Origin: Rhizodiscina lignyota
Lineage: Eukaryota
DNA: 64,000 bases
Reading direction: 5' to 3'
NCBI GenBank assembly: GCA_010015805.1
Contig: ML978130.1
Coordinates: forward strand, 1,240,001-1,304,000
Shown piece by piece: positions 25,881 to 38,421 of the stretch (the stretch's first letter is position 1; every line of letters begins with the position of its first letter). The position numbers were made by a program, and so were the translations under genes. A model generated the notes under the pieces. The model saw only the letters and a program-made list of their open reading frames with translations, was not told the DNA's origin and searched no databases.

Positions 25881-28061
25881 ATGGCACACCAACGTCGAAT
25901 GGGCGTCGTCCTGCTTGCGCTTTCGCTGCCGTGGACCACTCTTGCAGCGCTGAACTCCACTATCAGCATCTTAGTTGCGGATGATTTGATCAGTTCGTAC
26001 CTCCTACTCTTGAATTAGTGCGTTGATTAACACCTGCAGACAATGACAAGACCAATGCTGCCATTCTGCTAAGCTCGCCAACCACGTACTCAGCAGCTCT
26101 CGACGCTTGCAGCTCCATAAGCGAGGCTTTGTGGTCGCCGACACAGCAAGACTTCACCGCAGGACTGAACAGCTCCTTGGCGTACGAGGTGTTCGCCGGT
26201 CGTGCATCAAGCAGCCAGCTTTTTTGGGTAGACTCGGGATCGCAAGCCGGAGCACCTCGTCGTCGACAAAAGGCTTGTGCGGCAATCGATGCCTCTGGAA
26301 CTAGTTGCGAGGTCGATTGCAGCGAGCTGCTCGCGGCTCTTTGCACTCAGAGCGCACCAGCCTCAAATGAATCATTTGCCGACACTTCCTCTCGCTTTCA
26401 GATTGCCCAGAATGTTGGCAACCAGACTCTAGTAGGCTATCGGGACTTCTTGACGTTTCGGTTTATGGGCGTACGCTTTGCAGAGGAACCAGAGCGGTTC
26501 ACCTACTCCACAGTTTATAGCGGCACCGGAATAAATAACGCGCTTACTCCTGCACCAGAGTGCCTACAGCCTCCTAACAACGGAAGCACAGATTGCTTGT
26601 TTCTGAATGTGTGGACGACAAGCCTCCCGCTCGCCGGAAGCCAGCCGAAGCTGAAGCCGGTGATGGTGTACATCTACGGCGGAGGCCTTCAGACGGGCTC
26701 TGCGAACTCCGCCACTACCGATGGCGGCCATCTTGCGGCTCGTGGGGACGTCGTTGTCGTCGACATAGCGTATCGTCTCGGGACGCTAGGCTTCCTTACC
26801 CTCAATGATAGCGTTCACACCGGCAACTACTGGATGTCCGACTTGATTTCCGCCTTGATATGGATACAGAAAAACATTGCTGACCTCGGCGGAGATCCGA
26901 ACCATTTAATGATCTTTGGCGAGTCGGCTGGTGCGCAATCCGTGCAGGCGCTTCTGGCCTCGCCGGAAGCTAAAGGCCTCTTTCAAGGAGCTTTGTTGCA
27001 GAGCAGCTACATCGAACCGTACATTCCCATCTGGTACGCGAACCAGCAGCTGTCGGACCCGATCCTGCAAGAAACTGGGTGCGCTTCGGCTGCAGATCAG
27101 CTCGCGTGCTTGGTTGCGTACAACGCTACAGCTCTGATCGATTTGCCTACCAAGCATTCGTAAGTCGGGCAGAACCTAGAATGTCGTAGCAAGAAGAGCA
27201 CCGCTGATTTCGAGAAACAGTCTGCCTGTCATAGACGGAAAATATCTGAAGACTCAATATATCGATCTCAACGCCACGTCCACGACTACCAATTCCGTCC
27301 CAGTCATTATGGGGTACCTGCGCGACGAAGGCGCGGTCCTCTACCCGCTAGTCGACACTACAGATCTCGCCACTGGAATCACTCAGATGACAGAAACCGA
27401 TTTTCTGAACGAGAACATAACTATAGCCAACGCTACCGAAGTCATAGCATCTGGTGCCTTCCCGTTGGGTGACGGAACTAACATGACCGTGCGCGTCTTC
27501 AACACCACCACGAGGATCTATACCGACAGCAACATGCACTGCGAGGGCGAGTACACGGCGTACGCCGGCGTCAAGGGCGGCATCCTACCAAATATATGGT
27601 ACTACGAATTCAACCGCTCGTACCAGGATCCGGGATACAACATCAACGACCTCTGCCAGGCACCCGTGACCGAATCGCACCCGTATGGCGACCCGTCGAT
27701 GGAGTACTTCAAGTGTCACGCGGGAGAGCTCCCATTCACGCACGGCACCTTTTATTCGCGCCTCGGTTTCCCGATTCGCGACGAGAACGATATTCCATTC
27801 TCGCAGCTTGTCGTGGATTACTGGACGGCTTTTGGCAGGACTTTCGATCCGAATCCGGACCCTGAGTACCTCAAGGCCCGAGGCTACTGGAACACGCTGA
27901 ATCAGGTTACAGTCTCTGGGCCGTGGAAGCCGGTTGATGATTGCGACCCGCAGATGATAGAACTGCAGTGGAATTCGGTCATGGTGCCGTTCCCGGATAG
28001 GGAGCAGTGTGACGTCCTACACCAGCCTATCGACTATCTTTATCAATGGCCGTCAACTTGA
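25881..28061 (+). CDS. Secreted type-B carboxylesterase (cholinesterase-like alpha/beta hydrolase)
   Basis: Signal-like N-terminus MAHQRRMGVVLLALSLPW. Introns about 25993-26039 and 27160-27220. Motifs DCLFLNVW, YGGG, YRLGTLGFL, FGESAG (catalytic Ser), RDEG, CHAGE. Confidence 0.9.
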
Positions 28062-28615
28062 GAGCAGCTCCTGCCACGATACAAAAGTATATATGATCTA
28101 GCCTGTAGATAGAGAAATGCTATACTATTAAAAATAGTGTCATTTTAGCACGTTCTTTATATAAGACCCTAAGGAACAATTGTTTTAGAATGATCATTGC
28201 TCACGAGAACTTCGTACGGCTGATAACTCTCTGTGCATAGCCATACTCTACAGAGTATATGTAAGTACGATCGAATTCGCAGTTCCAACGCAGTCCTATT
28301 TCAGACATTTTTCAGCTCTTAGTATTGTCACATAGAGGATGCTTGCCAGATCTATTGAGACGAAGGAAATAACTATGTAGACCGCAAATACACGATATTT
28401 TCCTACCGATTCCTTATTAGAGTATACCTTAGGTCCGAGACTAAGGCGTCCCCTCTCCACGGACCAATCAGATTGAGAAGAGTGTCTGGGCTACGTAGTA
28501 CAGGTCGAGCAGTAGTTGTTCTGCCATCCCACAGCTCGCAACATCTCATCTAACCTCTGGACTCCCACCAACTTTTATCTTCCAAGCAACTCTTTGGGAA
28601 ACCCCGCAGCGAGCC

Positions 28616-30658
28616 ATGGGCAGCTTCCGCGATGCATTACAACTCGGGAAAAAGCGGCCTGGGCCACCTCGCGAAGGTGTATATTCTTCAATGCTTCAGC
28701 TTCGCCTGGAGCCGGATGAAGAACCCATCTTCATACCGTACGACTATCCGATTTGCGTTTGTCAACACCTTGGGACACGTGATATTCCAGGAGACCGGAG
28801 CAAATCAACGCTCTCGGGCTATGATACGATTCTAGAGTTCCCAGAACCAGACTGTGCTTTCTGCGCCCTTGTGTTGTGAGCCTGCAAACTTTTAAGGTTT
28901 GACAGTGACGATGAGATCCGTATCAGAGTGGGCGGCTCAGAGGACCCGTGGCTTCAAGTCGGACCCTTCGACAACCGGAAAGCTTCATTGAGAATTTTTC
29001 CCTTCTCTGGCGCTACCTTCCCCAATATGGGGCATACCGCCAGCATTGCTCCTTCCGCAGGGTCAGAGAATGGGATGACATTCATAAAGGAGGTCGTAAG
29101 TGAATGTTTGAAGCATCACGAGGAATGCCGAAAACAAAGCGACACAGTCCCAACTAGACTGTTGTATATTGGATCAAACCTCTTGCCAATGAAGATTATT
29201 CTACCGAACAGGTCTGACAAGATGCTCTATGCTGCCTTAAGTCATTGTTGGGGAGGCCTGAAATCACTCCGACTGACGGTGGATAACGAAGAATCACTCA
29301 GAACGCATATCGAATGGGAATCACTACCACGAACTTATCAGGATGCTGTGATCGTGTGCAGAGAACTTGGCCTTGAGTACCTGTGGATAGATTCGCTCTG
29401 CATTATCCAAGAGGGAGACAATAAGTTGGACTGGGCTGCCGAATCTTCGCGAATGACCGACATATACGCAAACGCATACGTCGTAATCGGCGCTTCCTCA
29501 GCTTCGAATCCGGAAGAATCCATCCTAGCATCCCGAACTAATTGGAGATGTAAGACACATGTCATAGCGTGGGGTGGCGGTGAACTGGCAGAGCGTCTGT
29601 TGTGTGCCCGGATAGAACCAGCCTTGGGCCACCATGACAATGTGGACGATAGCCAACGCGACCCATTGGACCTGCGGGCATGGGCATTTCAGGAATTCCA
29701 GCTGGCGAGGAGATGTATCAACTTCACCTCCGACGAGATCCAGTGGTTCTGCAGGGGAGGACAAAAATGCGAGTGCTCGAGCAAGTGGGAACCCTCCTTC
29801 ACACGATTTGAGATATTCGGCGATGCGAAAACTGAAGATTGGACCGATATTGTATGGAACTATTCGTTTCGCATGCTGAGTTTACCTCAGGACAAGCTAG
29901 CAGCATTGTCCGGGCTAGCGGCAAGATTTCAGCAGAACCACAAAGATGTAGAATATGTCGCGGGATTGTGGAGAAATGTCGATCTCCCGTTCCAATTAGG
30001 TTGGAGAGTTCAGGAGGCGCCAGGCAGTGTATATACGGAGTCCCGAGCTCCGTCATTCTCATGGGCTTCTGTCGATGGAAGGGTAGGTTGGCCTCCCCAT
30101 ATGCATAATCTCTCCTTGGAGCATTGTGAGCGGCAATATTGCATAAACATTCTGGCCGTATCTTGCACGACTAAGACCAGCAATCCTTTTGGAGAAGTCT
30201 AATCCGCACATATTTGCCTGCAGGCCCAGATAATGACGACAATCTTGACTTTCTCAGAAGGGAGGTATGTCTTGGATTTCAAGCAGTTCAACACTGGTAC
30301 TACAGATATACCGGGTGTTATCGTGGAATTCTATGCTGACACCTCCATCGCACTCGGAAAAGGAGTTCTACCAAGCGGGGAGATGACACCAACCGCCCAG
30401 CGTGCAATCACTCGGACCGTTCCAGAGGAATTTGCAGTGCCTGTATCATGTCTCAGGCTGCACACGTATAAAGCCTACAAGTACGAGGTTTGCATAGTTC
30501 TTGGTCGCTCTGCCCATCATGCCGGTGCCTATGAGCGTCTTGGATACGTGGAAATGTTTCAAACGGCTATTATTGACCGTCGTCGCTCCGCAAAGCTGCC
30601 TTGGGAAGGAGTATGGAATACAGTGTCAGTGCCTTACAGAGAGATTACTCTCGTATGA
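28616..30658 (+). pseudogene. HET-domain protein gene with two in-frame stop codons
   Basis: HET motifs YAALSHCWG, LWIDSLCIIQ, MTDIYANA, RAWAFQE, PSFSWAS. Three ORFs share one frame and are separated only by TGA 28877-28879 and TAA 30200-30202. Confidence 0.8.
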
Positions 30659-30905
30659 TATTAGTATTAGTGTAGCTAACGAAGGCAATCGCATGATACC
30701 TTAGCTGATGATGTGATTATGTGAATGAACGACTCCGGGAAGAATGAAGGCGTACCATGATGGTAGCTCTGCGTAACTGTACTATGAACTCGTCATCGAG
30801 TACATAATCACTGTAAGCAGGGCGTATTAAACAGAGGCAACAGGCTGCCCAGACACAGTGACCGTGATTTCGCTCTCCCTCCCCCGATTATTGCGAATCA
30901 GCTCC

Positions 30906-33079
30906 TCAGCCAATCCTCATAGTTTCCAGCTCCGCCTCATGCTCCGGCCAAAATTCCCCGTCCATAGCACCCTCAATCCACGCCCAAGCCTTCAGCTTAT
31001 AAGTATCATCCTCTTTCCTCGCAATATATGGACATCTCGCGCCCTCGAGAAGCAAGATATGATCCCCAGACCGCACTTGGTCCGACGCCAAACACGCCCT
31101 TCCAGTCGATGTTGAACATAACGAGAAATGCTCGAGCATCTGCGCCATCTCCTCAGGGACCTCCATCCATGAGGTCGGTTTCTGACCAATTAACCAGCGC
31201 GCAATTCTTGTGTCGCGCTCATCTTCGAAACTGAGGCCGTTGGATTCATTGCCGATTCTCCCCTCTGGTGCAGCCATCTCTTCCTGAACTTGCTTCACCA
31301 TATCATCGGTCGCTCCGTCCAGCTTCGTTATTGCGTTGTACCACATTTCGCAGAGCATTGTGCCGGAGTCCTTATAGTCATCACTAATCTCATCACCCCT
31401 GGGCAATCTCCGAAGTTCGGGGTCCCACATCTCCGCAAAGACGAGCTTGTAGAGATATAAGGCGATCGGGAATCCCGACGGCAGCCATTTACGAAGAGCG
31501 TTGAATCGGAGAAACGCAAGTGTTGTTTCAGAAACTTCAGCTCTTACTGCGTCTTCCGAGCCTGCTCTCTTTGGTCTCCTCTTCAGGATTATGTGGCCTA
31601 TGACAGCGCCTCGGAGAACTAGTTGCCCATTGACGTTGGAGATCTTCGGGTTACTCGGGTTGTTAACCTCATTGCGTTCGGCAATGAACGGACGGCCTAC
31701 CGTAAACTTAACCTGACACGGAATGACATATGACCCATCGTCTGACCATCGGAGCGGTAACGCTTTTTGAAAGACCCGCCGAACAGTGTAATAGTCGTAT
31801 GAACTGTCCCAATCAATCGTCCATGAAGGGAGATCGTTACCATGCGGCGTCGGCGCAAAAGCGAAGAAATCAAGGTATTGGCAAAACTCTAGAACAGCAA
31901 CAGTGGCATCTTGATACACCTGTGACACTGTTTTGCCGTAGTCTGGATCGACGAGTTTGAGTCCACAGCGTTGCGCCAGACCGTGAAGCGCGTAAACTTT
32001 GTCTTTCGCATCGGTGGTCGAGCTACCCCAAGCGCCGTTCACTAATATTTCAACCACTTTATGCGGCGGCCGGCCTACTGGTCCATTGAAGGTCAGGCTC
32101 AGAGACTCCCGACGGAATCGCCACGGACTCCATGACCCTTCATTATCTTCGTTGATGAAGATGTTTGATGAGGGATCGCGTCTGGGCCCGCGCTCTTTAA
32201 CATAGTCTAGAATGTGCCACAGGACTTCTGACGATCCGACAAGCATCACGCATTTCTGAGCTAGTACCATTTCCTGGGCGGTCCAGAGGCGTTTCCAGAT
32301 ATCGCTCTCCCAGATGCGAGAGTCGTCTGGCGGAGAGGTGTTCCCTATCGGGGCCGGTATCATGTCTGAAATCCCGTTAGCGCACCAGCGTCATGCGACA
32401 TCATGAATACGGCCTTACCATTGGCAACCAGAGCGGTGTAATTCATGACAGAGTCACGCGCTTGGCCTAGTGCACTCCGTGGATCGAATGCAGTTCGATT
32501 GCCCTCCAGTCTCGGGGGCTTCCGCTGCTCCGATGTGCTCAACCACACCAGCACTTCATTCGCCTTGCTGTAGACGTCCGCCATAAGTTTAACCTGCTCA
32601 TTCCGTTCCAAAATGTCATTTTGGTTGATGCATATCGCATCTATCCAGAGAATGTGTTCCTCTTTCGACGTCCGCTGTCGCTTGCGAATCTGCTGTAGCG
32701 CGTCGTAGCAATTCCTGGTCACTCGTATTTGCTTCCCGCTGCAATAAACAGAATGAGGTGGATCTTTAGCGCCCCAGACGTAGGAGAGGGCTTTGTAGCA
32801 CAGCGCTTCATACGTGTATTCGTTCTTGATTGGTCTTTTGATCGCGTACTGAACGGGTGGCCGCACTCGATCATCCAGGGTCAGATCGAGCTCGAAGTGA
32901 GGGCTGTCGTCCTTGAATCCCATCGAGTGTGTATATTTCTTTGGATTGTCGTCGAGGCTCAGCTCAGAAATATTGATTTCAATTCTATCGCGTTTGTGAA
33001 ACCATCTAGGCGTCAGTAACCGAAAGACGCGAATAGTGCGATCTCTGCTGAGCGGCGTGTATTTGTATGTTGTCTCCAT
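30906..33079 (-). CDS. HET-domain protein (HET-6-like)
   Basis: YKALSYVWG, LWIDAICINQ...ERNEQV, MADVYSKA, RLWTAQE, DKVYALHGL, LPSWTIDW. Intron 32366-32418 (GTAAGG...GCTAAC...CAG) joins the two ORFs in frame. Confidence 0.88.
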
Positions 33080-33741
33080 TCCGCTCAAAAGATCTGCGCA
33101 TACGGAGTATTTTGACCGGAAACAAATCGGAATGTAGAAAAGGAAGAAGGCAATGTTTGAAGTTATATCTCGAGACTCAAGACTCGAGTCATGCAGGGTG
33201 CGGCTCAGAGAGGAAGGTACTTGCGGATGAGGCTGAGTCCGTATACTTTATATGCATGTGTAAAGAGCTAATCCTCTGACCTATGCGCCTGGGTAAGTTG
33301 AGAAACAATGGCCTGAAATTTGGCGCGCCTAATTCCTGCACCACAATGCGCCTTCTTTTTTGGCACATTCGCTCAGCACATTTGGCTACGCTCACTAGAT
33401 GGCACGGCAATACTTCGAGGTTTGTTTGAGGGACACGTTCTAGTCCGCTCTATGAAATAAAAGAGCTCTAGTACTTGAGTAATTCAGGGAGCTGGGATAT
33501 CTATACGTCAGCAAACCGACTTTCGAATAGTATATACATGAACGAAATCCTCTACCGGACGCTACATTTCCCACGCTATGGCGTTATTTGCAGCCACATT
33601 TTGAGTGCTCTCGAGGCCATCTCGCTCCTTGTGCTCTTTACCAAGTCTTCATGCTTCTTGCTCTTTTGCAGTATAGCCGCACCAATGCCGTGAAAGGCTG
33701 GCTCAAATAGACCGCGTCCGGTGTCCTCCCTCTGTTCTATC

Positions 33742-34451
33742 CTATTTCTTTTCAAAGTCACTCGCTTGCATATTCCTTGTCATACTAGGTAATTTGACAA
33801 CCAAACCATCTAGCTCCTTACTCATCTTCACCTGGCAGCCCAACCGACTCGTCTCTGTCAGCCCAAATGCCAAATCCAGCATGTCGTTCTCATCGTCATC
33901 AGGCTCTTCCATCTTATCATAGTAATCTTGGTCTGTTACAATGACATGGCATGTTGAACAGGCACAGGATCCACCGCATGCACCTTCCATCTCAACGTCG
34001 TTGGCTTGCGCAATGTCGAGGAGATTGTCTCCGTCGGCAACGGTGAATTCGTGGGAGTCGCCTTCTTTGTCGATGAAGGTAACTTTACGTCTAAGGTCGA
34101 TATGTTAGCTTTCAGCTATCTGGACATGTGTAATTTATGGCTGGGGACGTACTCTTCTCCTGGTTTTGGTGGAGTCAAGTGCGCATGATGTTGAATCGGA
34201 GAGCTCGAGAATCGCCGCCGTGAGCGCGCAAAAGCAGTGATTCGCGGAACATCGCTTGGTCGACATTGGTTAAGGTGTATACAGCTGTTCCCAGATGCTG
34301 ATAGCCACGATATCCTAGGTAGAGGTTGAGATTGCATGGAGTATGCTCTACGACATGACGTCTGCGGAGCCGCGGATATGGGTATTCGAGAGGCGCAACA
34401 TCGCTGAGAGAATGTAGAAAATGTCTGATAAAATCTCCATGGGCCAGACAT
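33742..34451 (-). CDS. YAH1: Mitochondrial 2Fe-2S ferredoxin (adrenodoxin-like)
   Basis: EGACGGSCACSTCHVIV, DMLDLAFGLTETSRLGCQ; Arg/Ser-rich presequence; one intron at about 34092-34151. Confidence 0.95.
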
Positions 34452-34647
34452 CTCCAATATCGTACAAGAGAGCCCAAAAATGAATGAATTGAGGTTGTAC
34501 GGCAGCCAGAGACTGATATGGGTATGGAGTTCGGCGATAGAAAAGTTCCCTTGCGCATGGACGATCTTCACGAGCTAACCCGCGTCAATCCCGCATCACC
34601 ACCAACTCCTCTTCCCTGAAACACCCTCTCTATCCATTACCGCTATA

Positions 34648-36525
34648 ATGGCGGCTATGGAGCAAGACTCATCGCCGTATGCTTCGTTCCGTACAATGAC
34701 AACGTCAAGCGATGCGCCCAACCCGCTCCGACCCTACTACATTCCACCGTCAGTAGGCCTACCTCCCGATCCCGTACCTCCAGGCAATGCCTCGACGCCG
34801 TCGAAATACCCATCGAGATCATTATCCCCACCGAGAACAAAGACTTCAAGTTTCCGGAGCTCAGCAAGAGAATATCTGTCGGATCTGGACTATGGAGACT
34901 ATCTGCCCGAACGCTCACCTTCAATCAGCGAATATGTGAAAAAGTTGATGGACCAAGCAATATGGAATTACACTTCCGTACTGTTGGCACAACCATTCGA
35001 GGTCGCAAAAACAATATTACAAGTACATCTTGCGACCGGTGGGCCAGGCGTTGTCCAGCCAAACCCCAAATTGCAAGTACGTCACAAAAGTTCGGGCAGG
35101 CGGGAACGAGATAGAGACGGGTATAATTACGGCAATGGCAGGCCAGGTCGAGATGGATACGGGCAAGATGTGCGTCCTTCGTCCCCAATCCTCCTACGCA
35201 TGAATACCGGGACAGGACTCACTCCAGGCGCCCCACAGAGCTCATACTACCAAGTCGAAGAACCCGAAACAGAAGCAAATCCATACCACTCCGACGAATC
35301 CGATAACGACTCACCATCCTATTTCACCTCCGTCCCGCTACGAGAATCATCATATTCTAGCTCATCTCACGCATATCCGACTCCTTCATCACATCCTTCA
35401 TCCCAGTATCACGACCACGACTATGACGACCGCAACCCCCCATCTCGCTCACACTCCACAACACCAACGCCCAACTCCTCACGCGCGCAAGCTGCTCTCA
35501 AAGACCATAAGATCCACCTCCGCCGCTCCGATGCCGTGCTCGAAGTAATCGGTCAACTATGGCAGAAAGAAGCCGCCTGGGGCGTATGGAAAGGCACAAA
35601 CGCAACTTTCATGTACAACCTGCTCCTGCGCACTTTGGAATCATGGATCCGCTCCGTTTTAGCAGCGCTCATCAACCTCCCCGAGTCCGCGACACTCTCC
35701 ATGGGAGGGGCCGGTCTCGCCGCATCTGCTGGAGCAGCCGCCGGCGCAGCTGGTAGTCTCGACATACTGGACTCACCAAACCCATTAGCCGCTCTCGGTG
35801 TCGCGGTCGCTGCGGCAGGGATAACAGGCCTTCTCCTCTCTCCATTAGACGTCGTCCGCACGCGGCTGATCGTCACCCCGACGACTTCACAACCAAGGAC
35901 TATTCCACCTTCAATACGCCTCCTTCCTCCTTTCTTATCGTTACAAAAGGCACTCTTTCCAATCACACTACTCCACTCAACCATCCCATCTCTCTTCTCA
36001 AATTCCGCGCCAATAGTTCTCCGCTCAGTATTCGGCCTCGACCCAGTCATCACCCCCGGAAGCTACAGCGTCGCGTCCTTCGGCGCCGCAGTCGGCGAGC
36101 TGTTCGTTCGTCTACCACTAGAAACCGTATTACGGAGAGGACAAGTCGCCGTACTACAAGCCGAGTCACGCCGACGCATCGACGTTGTAAGACGCGAGCA
36201 GCTCAACTCCTTCCGCGAAGGCGGGCGCGGACGAAGTCGCGAAACGAGTAAGAATAGAACGGATGAGCAAGAGTTGAAGACGGTGGTAGATGTTGGCCCT
36301 TACAGGGGCGTGCTAGGGAGTCTATGGTTTATCGTGCGCGAGGAGGGGATTTCAGTTGTGGGCTCTGGCTCTAATGCGAAAGCGAAAGCGCTGAGTGTGA
36401 CGAAGACGAGAAAAGGGCAGGGTGTCAACGGTTTGTGGAGAGGTTGGAGAGTTGGCTTTGGTGGGCTGCTGGGCGTTTGGGGCGCTGCGGCGCTGAATAG
36501 TGGGCCTGTGGGGACGGAATTTTGA
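34648..36525 (+). CDS. UGO1: Mitochondrial outer-membrane fusion protein Ugo1 (carrier-like fold)
   Basis: PNPLRPYYIPP, QPFEVAKTILQV, SPLDVVRTRL, LPLETVLRRGQ, GLWRGWRVG. Start may be 34648, 34657 or 34696; a stop-free intron near 35170-35238 is possible. Confidence 0.88.
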   Translation: MAAMEQDSSPYASFRTMTTSSDAPNPLRPYYIPPSVGLPPDPVPPGNASTPSKYPSRSLSPPRTKTSSFRSSAREYLSDLDYGDYLPERSPSISEYVKKLMDQAIWNYTSVLLAQPFEVAKTILQVHLATGGPGVVQPNPKLQVRHKSSGRRERDRDGYNYGNGRPGRDGYGQDVRPSSPILLRMNTGTGLTPGAPQSSYYQVEEPETEANPYHSDESDNDSPSYFTSVPLRESSYSSSSHAYPTPSSHPSSQYHDHDYDDRNPPSRSHSTTPTPNSSRAQAALKDHKIHLRRSDAVLEVIGQLWQKEAAWGVWKGTNATFMYNLLLRTLESWIRSVLAALINLPESATLSMGGAGLAASAGAAAGAAGSLDILDSPNPLAALGVAVAAAGITGLLLSPLDVVRTRLIVTPTTSQPRTIPPSIRLLPPFLSLQKALFPITLLHSTIPSLFSNSAPIVLRSVFGLDPVITPGSYSVASFGAAVGELFVRLPLETVLRRGQVAVLQAESRRRIDVVRREQLNSFREGGRGRSRETSKNRTDEQELKTVVDVGPYRGVLGSLWFIVREEGISVVGSGSNAKAKALSVTKTRKGQGVNGLWRGWRVGFGGLLGVWGAAALNSGPVGTEF

Positions 36526-36975
36526 TTTAATGAGAAGTTGAAGAGGGCAATGGAGGTAAGGAGATTGTATGATTGTAATACTAAGCTAATGTTTGTATTC
36601 GTGGGCGTGGAATGGGCTCACTCTTTGTTCCTTCATGGTAAGAATGTTATGAGGTACGCACCAATATTTAGGACGACAGACGGGATTGGATATATGGATA
36701 CCACACTCAGTTTCAATTGGAATTATTGTTTGCATTGCGTTTTAATTTATGGCTGCTCTCGCTGGAGAGGATACCAAGACGTGTATTAGTGGGAACTATT
36801 GAGCACGACTTCAAACAACGACGAGTATGCACAACTCTGGGACTATCGAGCAACTGCATCAAACACAACGAGCATGCTCTCCACCAGTCCCCTTCCTTTT
36901 TGCATCTCCCTCGCGACAATTAGTGCGGAGATGAACATAGGAAGAAACCACCAGTGGCCATGAGCCGCTCAAACA

Positions 36976-38403
36976 CTACATCTCCGCGTCGACACTCATC
37001 ATACTCTGATCCGCCGTCGAGAACATATTCTTGGACTGGACATTCGAATGCGAAGCACCGTTCCTCGGCGGCGAGTAACCCCCATTGCTCGCTCTAAGCC
37101 CCGTCAGCGTCGCCGCAACGTCAACCTCAAGCGCGCTCGCCATGGGATCATGTGGTACAGGATCGACAAACTGATCCACGCATGGACAGCGACCATCCGC
37201 ATCGCAATTACCACAGCCCATTGGGCCCTGGTGCTGGGGCATCCCCATACCACCAACAGGTCCATCGAGCGGTGAATGTGGATGATGTGGCGGCGTAATA
37301 GGGCTGCGGCGTTGGCCCGCTAGGACGGCGTTGTTCATCATCGCTATGGCATCAGGCATCAGCTCATTGTTGACATTGCCGAACTGGTAGTTGAGCGCTT
37401 GCGTTGGGATGCTCAGTCCCGGAACGCTGCGCTTCATGTTGCTCAGCACGCTAGCCTGCGTCTTGATGATGTCCTCGCGACGCTCGAGAAGCTTATGCAG
37501 ATCGTGCACCTGCTTCTCAAGGTTTGCGCGTTCGTTCTCCAGGGCGTCGATGGCATTGTCGCGTGCATGGAGATCGTTCGTGAGCTCCTCGATCCGCTTA
37601 TCGGCGGTTTCCTTCTGAGAGGTGAGCTCGTTCAGCTTGTGCGTCTTGACGGCGAGGTGGGCCTTCAGGTCCTCGGCCACAGAATTGAGCGACGCGACGT
37701 CCTGCTTCAACTCGGTCGTGTGCGCGACCTTGCGCTCGCGGAAGGCCCTCTGCGCCTCGCGGTTCTGTGCCTTGCGCTTCTCAGACGGCTTGTCGGTCGC
37801 GGGCTTTCGTCCTGGCTTTGGACGAGGTGGGATGGCCCACTCTTTGCGTGCGCCGAACGGCACGGCGGGAGCATCGTCGGAGGGAGACATCGAAGCGGAT
37901 GCCGAGAGCCCATGGTGCTGACCGTCCCCGGCGCCGTCGAGCGTAGAGCCCGGCGTCGATGGTCGCGAGGCCGTTGTGGGTTGCTGTGCGGGGAGGATGT
38001 TCTGGCGGGTGCCGGGGATGAGAGCCTTGTCCTTGGGCAGCAAGAGCTGGGCGTCGTGGGAGGAGCGCTTGCGCGGGACGATGGAGCTGGTGGAGCTCGC
38101 GGATAGTCGGTGTGATTGTGTGTCGCACTCACTGCTTGTGGTGACGGCGCTCTCTGGGGTGTCGGTGGTGTGCGGGACGGACGACCAATTTTCCTGCTGG
38201 AAGTGCGGGTCAACGGAAGAGTCAGTGCGGATATGGAGTTGTGGATGCGGCTGCTGTACTGCTGCAGCGTAAAAGTGGGTGTTGTCGAGGTCGTGGTGGT
38301 TGGTGTCGAGGGGAAGTTGGGCGTTGAAGGTGTCGGTCATGTTATCGAAGCCCTGCCAATCGAAATTGGTCTCCAAGAAGGGGTTCGTCCAGTATCCGGA
38401 CAT
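36976..38403 (-). CDS. hapX: HapX-like bZIP transcription factor (Hap4-like motif, bZIP, one Cys-rich region)
   Basis: KEWAIPPRPKPGRKP directly before the basic region KRKAQNREAQRAFRERK, a coiled coil, then GCGNCDADGRCPC. Confidence 0.75.
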   Translation of the reverse strand: MSGYWTNPFLETNFDWQGFDNMTDTFNAQLPLDTNHHDLDNTHFYAAAVQQPHPQLHIRTDSSVDPHFQQENWSSVPHTTDTPESAVTTSSECDTQSHRLSASSTSSIVPRKRSSHDAQLLLPKDKALIPGTRQNILPAQQPTTASRPSTPGSTLDGAGDGQHHGLSASASMSPSDDAPAVPFGARKEWAIPPRPKPGRKPATDKPSEKRKAQNREAQRAFRERKVAHTTELKQDVASLNSVAEDLKAHLAVKTHKLNELTSQKETADKRIEELTNDLHARDNAIDALENERANLEKQVHDLHKLLERREDIIKTQASVLSNMKRSVPGLSIPTQALNYQFGNVNNELMPDAIAMMNNAVLAGQRRSPITPPHHPHSPLDGPVGGMGMPQHQGPMGCGNCDADGRCPCVDQFVDPVPHDPMASALEVDVAATLTGLRASNGGYSPPRNGASHSNVQSKNMFSTADQSMMSVDAEM

Positions 38404-38412
38404 GGCGCTGTC

Positions 38413-38421
38413 TTATCTGAT
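38413..38421 (-). promoter_or_regulatory. Putative SreA (iron GATA repressor) site ATCAGATAA; one-mismatch site ATCTGATAT at 38509-38517
   Basis: Exact match to the ATCWGATAA consensus known for Aspergillus SreA, immediately upstream of a HapX-like gene. Confidence 0.55.

Noticed and set aside
32360..32420. Apparent frameshift splitting the HET-6-like gene
   Set aside because: Explained by a canonical 53-nt intron that restores the frame.
34454..34473. CCAAT near the YAH1 start as a HapX/CBC bipartite site
   Set aside because: The RWT submotif expected 12 bp downstream is absent (AGC), and the site is only a few bases from the ATG.
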